A stretch of DNA of 64,000 nt, from NCBI GenBank assembly GCA_963810095.1, contig CAWEMM010000008.1, forward strand, positions 1 to 64,000, written 5' to 3'. This DNA comes from an uncultured Chloroflexia bacterium. Lineage in GTDB: Bacteria; Chloroflexota; Anaerolineae; CG2-30-64-16. A program made the position numbers and the translations under genes. Below, in pieces: positions 59,768 to 64,000 of this stretch. Under the pieces are notes generated by a model. That model ran no database searches, was not told the DNA's origin, and saw nothing but the letters and a program-made list of their open reading frames with translations. The stretch's first letter is position 1, and each line of letters opens with the position of its first letter.

Positions 59768-60661
59768 ATGAATCCGGTCTTGCTGCAACTCGGTCCCTTC
59801 CAGGTCCACTGGTACGGGATCCTTATCGTATTCGGCGCCGTCCTGGCCGCCTGGCTCGCCACGCACGAGGCGCGTCGCCGCGGGGAGAACCCGGAGCACG
59901 TCTGGAACCTGCTCACCTGGGTGCTGATCCTGGGCATCATCGGCGCCCGGCTGTACCACGTCTTCTCCACCCCCACGGGTGACTTCGCCAACTGGGCCTA
60001 CTACCGGCAGCATCCAATCGAAATCATCGCGTTCTGGAACGGCGGGTTCCGGGGTCTGGGGATCTATGGCGCAGTGATCGGCGGACTGATAGCCGTGGCG
60101 ATTTATGCGCAGCGCCACCAGCTCAAGCTCTTGCGCTGGCTGGACATCCTGGCGCCGGGACTGATCCTCGCGCAGGCAGTCGGCCGGATGGGCAACCGCA
60201 TCAACCAGGAGTTGTACGGTCCGCCCACTACCTTGCCCTGGGCGTTCCATATCAACCCGACCTACCCCTGCCAGGAACCGGCCGGGTCACCCCAAGCTTG
60301 CGGGACGCCCGCAGGCTTGACGGACACCGCCCGCCAGTGGTATGCGACGCACGGCTTCCATCCCACCTTCTTCTATGAGGCGGCCTGGAACATCGTGGGT
60401 TTCGGGTTGCTACTGCTCGCCGCGCGCAAAGGGCCGCGTTGGCTGCGCGATGGCGACGTTTTTTTCCTGTACCTGATCTGGTATCCGCTGGGCCGTTTCT
60501 GGGTGGAGATGTTCCGGCCCGACGCCTGGCGCATGGGTACTTTGGCCACCGCGCAATGGTTTGCGCTGGCCGGCATGGCGCTCGGCGTGCTGGGGTTGGT
60601 CCTCAACCACTGGGGCCGCAGGACGCGGCTGGAAGCAGAAGCCACGAGTTCCGGTGGCTAA
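59768..60661 (+). CDS. lgt: Prolipoprotein diacylglyceryl transferase
   Basis: VHWYGILI, GARLYHV, GLGIYGA, QAVGRMGN, ELYG, HPTFFYE, RFWVEMFR. Confidence 0.93.
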   Translation: MNPVLLQLGPFQVHWYGILIVFGAVLAAWLATHEARRRGENPEHVWNLLTWVLILGIIGARLYHVFSTPTGDFANWAYYRQHPIEIIAFWNGGFRGLGIYGAVIGGLIAVAIYAQRHQLKLLRWLDILAPGLILAQAVGRMGNRINQELYGPPTTLPWAFHINPTYPCQEPAGSPQACGTPAGLTDTARQWYATHGFHPTFFYEAAWNIVGFGLLLLAARKGPRWLRDGDVFFLYLIWYPLGRFWVEMFRPDAWRMGTLATAQWFALAGMALGVLGLVLNHWGRRTRLEAEATSSGG

Positions 60662-60802
60662 GACGAGAGAGCCCTGGCTTAGCGCTCGCAGGGTCTCGTT
60701 CAAGCTGACCGAAGACAGCGTCGCCGCTTCAGCACCTATCCCGTTGCTGAAGCGGCGATGTGATCGGCCGACGAGTCTCGCCTATGCCCAATCGGCGCGC
60801 CC

Positions 60803-61378
60803 TCAGCCAGCCGCCAAGCGATAGAAATCCATCTGATCCAGTTCGATGTGTTCGACCTGAGAGAAGCCCGCCCGTGTCGCTAGCTCAATAACCTTCGCAG
60901 GCGCGACGCGGTGCGCCAACGGCGGCCCGTAGGGCTGCTCGCGGTACGGCCACTCGAGGATAGCCACCCGCTGCCGAGCCACCCGCCGGGCTTCCCGCAA
61001 GGCAGCCAGCGGATCGTCGGTCTCGTGCAGCACGTGGCCGAGAAACACCAGGTCGAATGCGCCGTCGTCAAAGGGAAGTTGCTCTGCAGGCGCTTCTTCG
61101 AACCGGGCGCCCGGGGCATATTCGCGGGCGTGAAGCAGCAGTTCCGCATTGGTATCGATACCGGTCACGACGAGCCCGTTGTTAGCGAACGCCTCGGCGA
61201 AGATACCCGTGCCTGTCCCCGCGTCCAATACGCTCTCCACAGCCAGGCCTTCCAGGCTGAGCGCCACCACTCGCGGCACCTCGAGCCGTGCAACTCGCTC
61301 AGGAGCCCGCAAGCGATCGGCTGCTCCACTAAAACGGCGCTCGTGAAGAGCGCCCTCGGTCAATTCATCTGTCTTCAT
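60803..61378 (-). CDS. Class I SAM-dependent methyltransferase
   Basis: VLDAGTGTG, AEQLPFDDGAFDLV, LHETDDP, GPPLAHR. Confidence 0.9.
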   Translation of the reverse strand: MKTDELTEGALHERRFSGAADRLRAPERVARLEVPRVVALSLEGLAVESVLDAGTGTGIFAEAFANNGLVVTGIDTNAELLLHAREYAPGARFEEAPAEQLPFDDGAFDLVFLGHVLHETDDPLAALREARRVARQRVAILEWPYREQPYGPPLAHRVAPAKVIELATRAGFSQVEHIELDQMDFYRLAAG

Positions 61379-61562
61379 AACTCTTCCAGACCTACCCTTC
61401 CTGTCGATCACTAAGATGCAGCCAGTCGTGCGGCGTTACGTTCTTCCGCGCTCCAGCCTGCAACCTGGGCTCTGTAACCGCTGATGGGCTGTCAGGCTCT
61501 AATACTCCGCGGACAAAGCGTGCGCTATCATGTACAAACAGATCGACCAGGTTGGAGGGATG

Positions 61563-62036
61563 ATGAATCGTCTGTCAGTCGGCGACCTTGCACCGGACTT
61601 TGGGCTGCCAGATCACGAGGGTAATGTAGTCAGGCTATCCGAGGTCCTTCGTTCGGGCAGAGTCCTGCTGGTGTTCAATCTCGGTTTCATCTGACCGCAT
61701 TGCACCAATCATATGGCGCAGTTGCGTCACGACTACCTACAATTCAAGGCTGCAGATACCGAAGTCCTGGTGATCGTGCCCAACGGGCAGAGGATGATCG
61801 CAAAGCACGTCCAGGAGCATAAGCCGCCTTATCGGATCTTGAGCGACAAGGGTGCTGAAGTCGCCCGGCAGTATGGCGCACAGCCGAAGAACCTCCCGTT
61901 CCTGAGCGCTTTCAGGCCGACGGTGTTTCTTGTAGACAAGGCGGGTAAGATCCTTTACACCAACTACACAGGTTCCTACATCGCGGAACCCGATAACAGG
62001 GAGCCGCTTGCCGTGTTAATACAAGCTGGGATCTAG
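61563..62036 (+). CDS. AhpC/TSA (peroxiredoxin-like) selenoprotein with UxxC motif; in-frame TGA at 61692
   Basis: MNRLSVGDLAPDFGLPDHEG...VLLVFNLGFI-U-PHCTNHMAQLR continuous in one frame; PTVFLVDKAGKI; hairpin directly after TGA. Confidence 0.8.
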
Positions 62037-62114
62037 CCGACGATTAGATCGGCCTGGAGCGACCCGTTCATCAAGACACTGTGGACTTGCCTGATGTCGG
62101 TCTTGCTTGCGCGG

Positions 62115-63324
62115 TCAAGGTCGAGGGCCTCCCGGATTTTGGCCTGGTCCTGGTGCCTGGGGTGTCGACTCCGGTCCTGGTCCCTGGGGTGTCGACTCCG
62201 GCCCTGGCCCTTGGGGGGTTGCCTCTTGTCCTGGCTTCTGCGGCGTTGCACCCTGAACGGGTCCTCGGGCCGTGGGATTAGGACCGGGTCCCTGGGGCGT
62301 ACTCGCCCCTGCTCCCTGAACGGTCGCGCTCGCGCGTGAACCTTGCGGCGTGGAGGTCGCATTTGGTCCCTGGGTCGTAGCCTTCCGACCCGGGCCCTTC
62401 GGTGTCGCACCAGAGATGCCCCCACCGGGAACGGGGGTGTTGCTCGGTGACGGCGTGTGACTGGTAACCGGTGCACGGGTCGGCCCCACTTGACTCCGCG
62501 CGGTTGATCCTGGCGTTGGCGTCGCGTGGACACCTCGCGTGGCGGTTACCGTCGGACCTGCCGTCGCCGGCTTACCGGGCGGCTCAGGCTGCCACATCCG
62601 GCCCGCTGTCAGCCGCACCCGCAGCGCAGCCGCCTGCAGCAACGCCCGGCGCGCAGTCTGTCCCCGCCGCCTCGCCCAGTCGTTCAAGATGCTGGGCCTG
62701 CTCCTGCAGCCGTGCCGCGAGCTCCTCCCGCTGAGGGCCGGACAGACCCGCGGCCTGCGCCGCGACGTCGTCGACGCCCTTCAACAGGGCGGCGACCGCT
62801 CGCTCATCCACTGCCTGCCGCTGGACCGTGCGGTCCAGGTCGCTAAGGCGCCGCTCCACGATCCCCATTTCAGCCCGCGCCCGGCCCTGCAGGCTCGCGG
62901 ACGAGCAATGCCGGGATCTGTTCGGCTGCCACCCTATGCCGTAAGCGAGGTCGCCCGGCTGGCTCGCGGCCACCGCGGCTGTGCTCACCACAAGACACAA
63001 AGAGCGCGACGGCGAACCCGGTCGCAAGACGCGGCATGCCGACCACAACAGCCGGCCAGCGCCACCAAGGAGCAGCACCCGGCTGGCTGCGCCGCTCGTC
63101 GCGCATGATCTCAGCGTTGAGAATTTGCGCCCGCATGCGCTGCCGGCTCGCATTGCTGATCGCATAACTGCGTAACGCGCTCACCTCCGTGGCTGCGGCC
63201 AGCAAAGGCGCCAACTCAGAGTCGCGTGCTCCGGATAGTCGGCCAGGCACGTCGCAGCCGCCTCGCCCACAGCAATGCGGTCGAGACAATGGCCCAGGAC
63301 CTGGCCAAATTCTTCCTCGTTCAT
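62115..63324 (-). CDS. Probable anti-sigma factor (TM + DUF5667-like helical domain + Pro/Thr/Gly-rich repeat tail; frameshifted)
   Basis: ATG overlaps the sigma stop; ELAPLLAAA, AASQPGDLAY; STPQGPGP repeats. Confidence 0.7.
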
Positions 63325-63908
63325 TCCCTACCCTGCTTTGTGCCTAACAAGCGGGATAACGTACGCAGCGCCCGATGCTGCAGCCCCTCGATCGCACCTT
63401 CTGTCTTGCCCAAGAAGGCGGCCGTCTGCGCATTGCTCAAGCCTTCGCCGAACTTGCTGATCACCACCAGCCGCTGCTCTTCGGTGAGCTCCTCCAGGGC
63501 CGCCGCTAGCCGGCTCAACGCCTCCTGGCGCTCGACCTCCTCGCACGGATCGGGGCTCTGTAGGCTCACCGGTGCATTGTCGTCAAGGTCCACTTGCGGA
63601 CGCCTTCGCCGGGACCGATGATGGTCCGCGACAAGGTTCGCGGCAATCCGGTACAGCCAGGCGCTGACCGACGAAGCCGGCCGGCTTGCGTCCAGTTTGA
63701 AGCTGTGCACGTGCGTGACAACGCGCAGGAAGACCTCGCCTGTGAGATCTTCCGCCGTGCCGGGATCGCCGGTCCGCGCCAGAATGTAATGGTAGATCCT
63801 GTCGGCATAAAGGTCATACAGGCGCGCGACCGCCCCGGCTTCACCCTCCTGGCAAGACGGGATGATGGACAGCACCTGCGCATCGTCAATGGCTGCGTAC
63901 ATGATCAA
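63321..63908 (-). CDS. ECF RNA polymerase sigma factor
   Basis: LYDLYADRIYHYI, AEDLTGEVF, AWLYRIAAN, LTEEQRLVV, GKTEGAIEGLQHRAL. Confidence 0.95.
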   Translation of the reverse strand: MIMYAAIDDAQVLSIIPSCQEGEAGAVARLYDLYADRIYHYILARTGDPGTAEDLTGEVFLRVVTHVHSFKLDASRPASSVSAWLYRIAANLVADHHRSRRRRPQVDLDDNAPVSLQSPDPCEEVERQEALSRLAAALEELTEEQRLVVISKFGEGLSNAQTAAFLGKTEGAIEGLQHRALRTLSRLLGTKQGRE

Positions 63909-64000
63909 TGCTCATATCAACGAGTTCCGGGGACAGGGCATACGGCCCCTCGTCTGCCACTTTCGCGCTGAGTTGTGAAGTATTCTTGAAGAGCGGGTGT

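Overview
High-GC bacterial chromosome segment. Gene content, repeat families and protein motifs suggest Chloroflexota (Anaerolineae/Caldilineae-like); this is an inference. Many single-base frameshifts, including in lysS, point to an unpolished long-read assembly rather than real pseudogenes. Left to right: (1) five co-oriented secreted cohesin-domain genes, two ending in a near-identical beta-sandwich + dockerin module and at least two ending in membrane anchors, which is the best candidate for a new system; (2) NarL-type two-component pair, M20 peptidase, aqualysin-like subtilase with a long structured upstream RNA; (3) glgB with its last 265 bp duplicated around a two-gene insert, a small structured RNA/sORF, TauE, a REP-flanked MFS-TetR cassette, HNH; (4) five tRNAs, Tat-exported aryl- and alkyl-sulfatases, lipoprotein, GH6, GH3, tRNA-Leu, a long non-canonical RNase P RNA; (5) Crp/Fnr, VIT-vWA, greA-lysS, GH57-treZ-treY, a decaheme OTR-like cytochrome; (6) an ori-like repeat / helicase / tRNA-Gly / tyrosine integrase module, followed by redox-sulfur genes (sulfite oxidase-cytochrome c fusion, TlpA, LysR, TauE, DUF1634, lgt, methyltransferase, UxxC selenoprotein) and an ECF sigma/anti-sigma pair. 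All family assignments are by eye from motifs; no searches were run.
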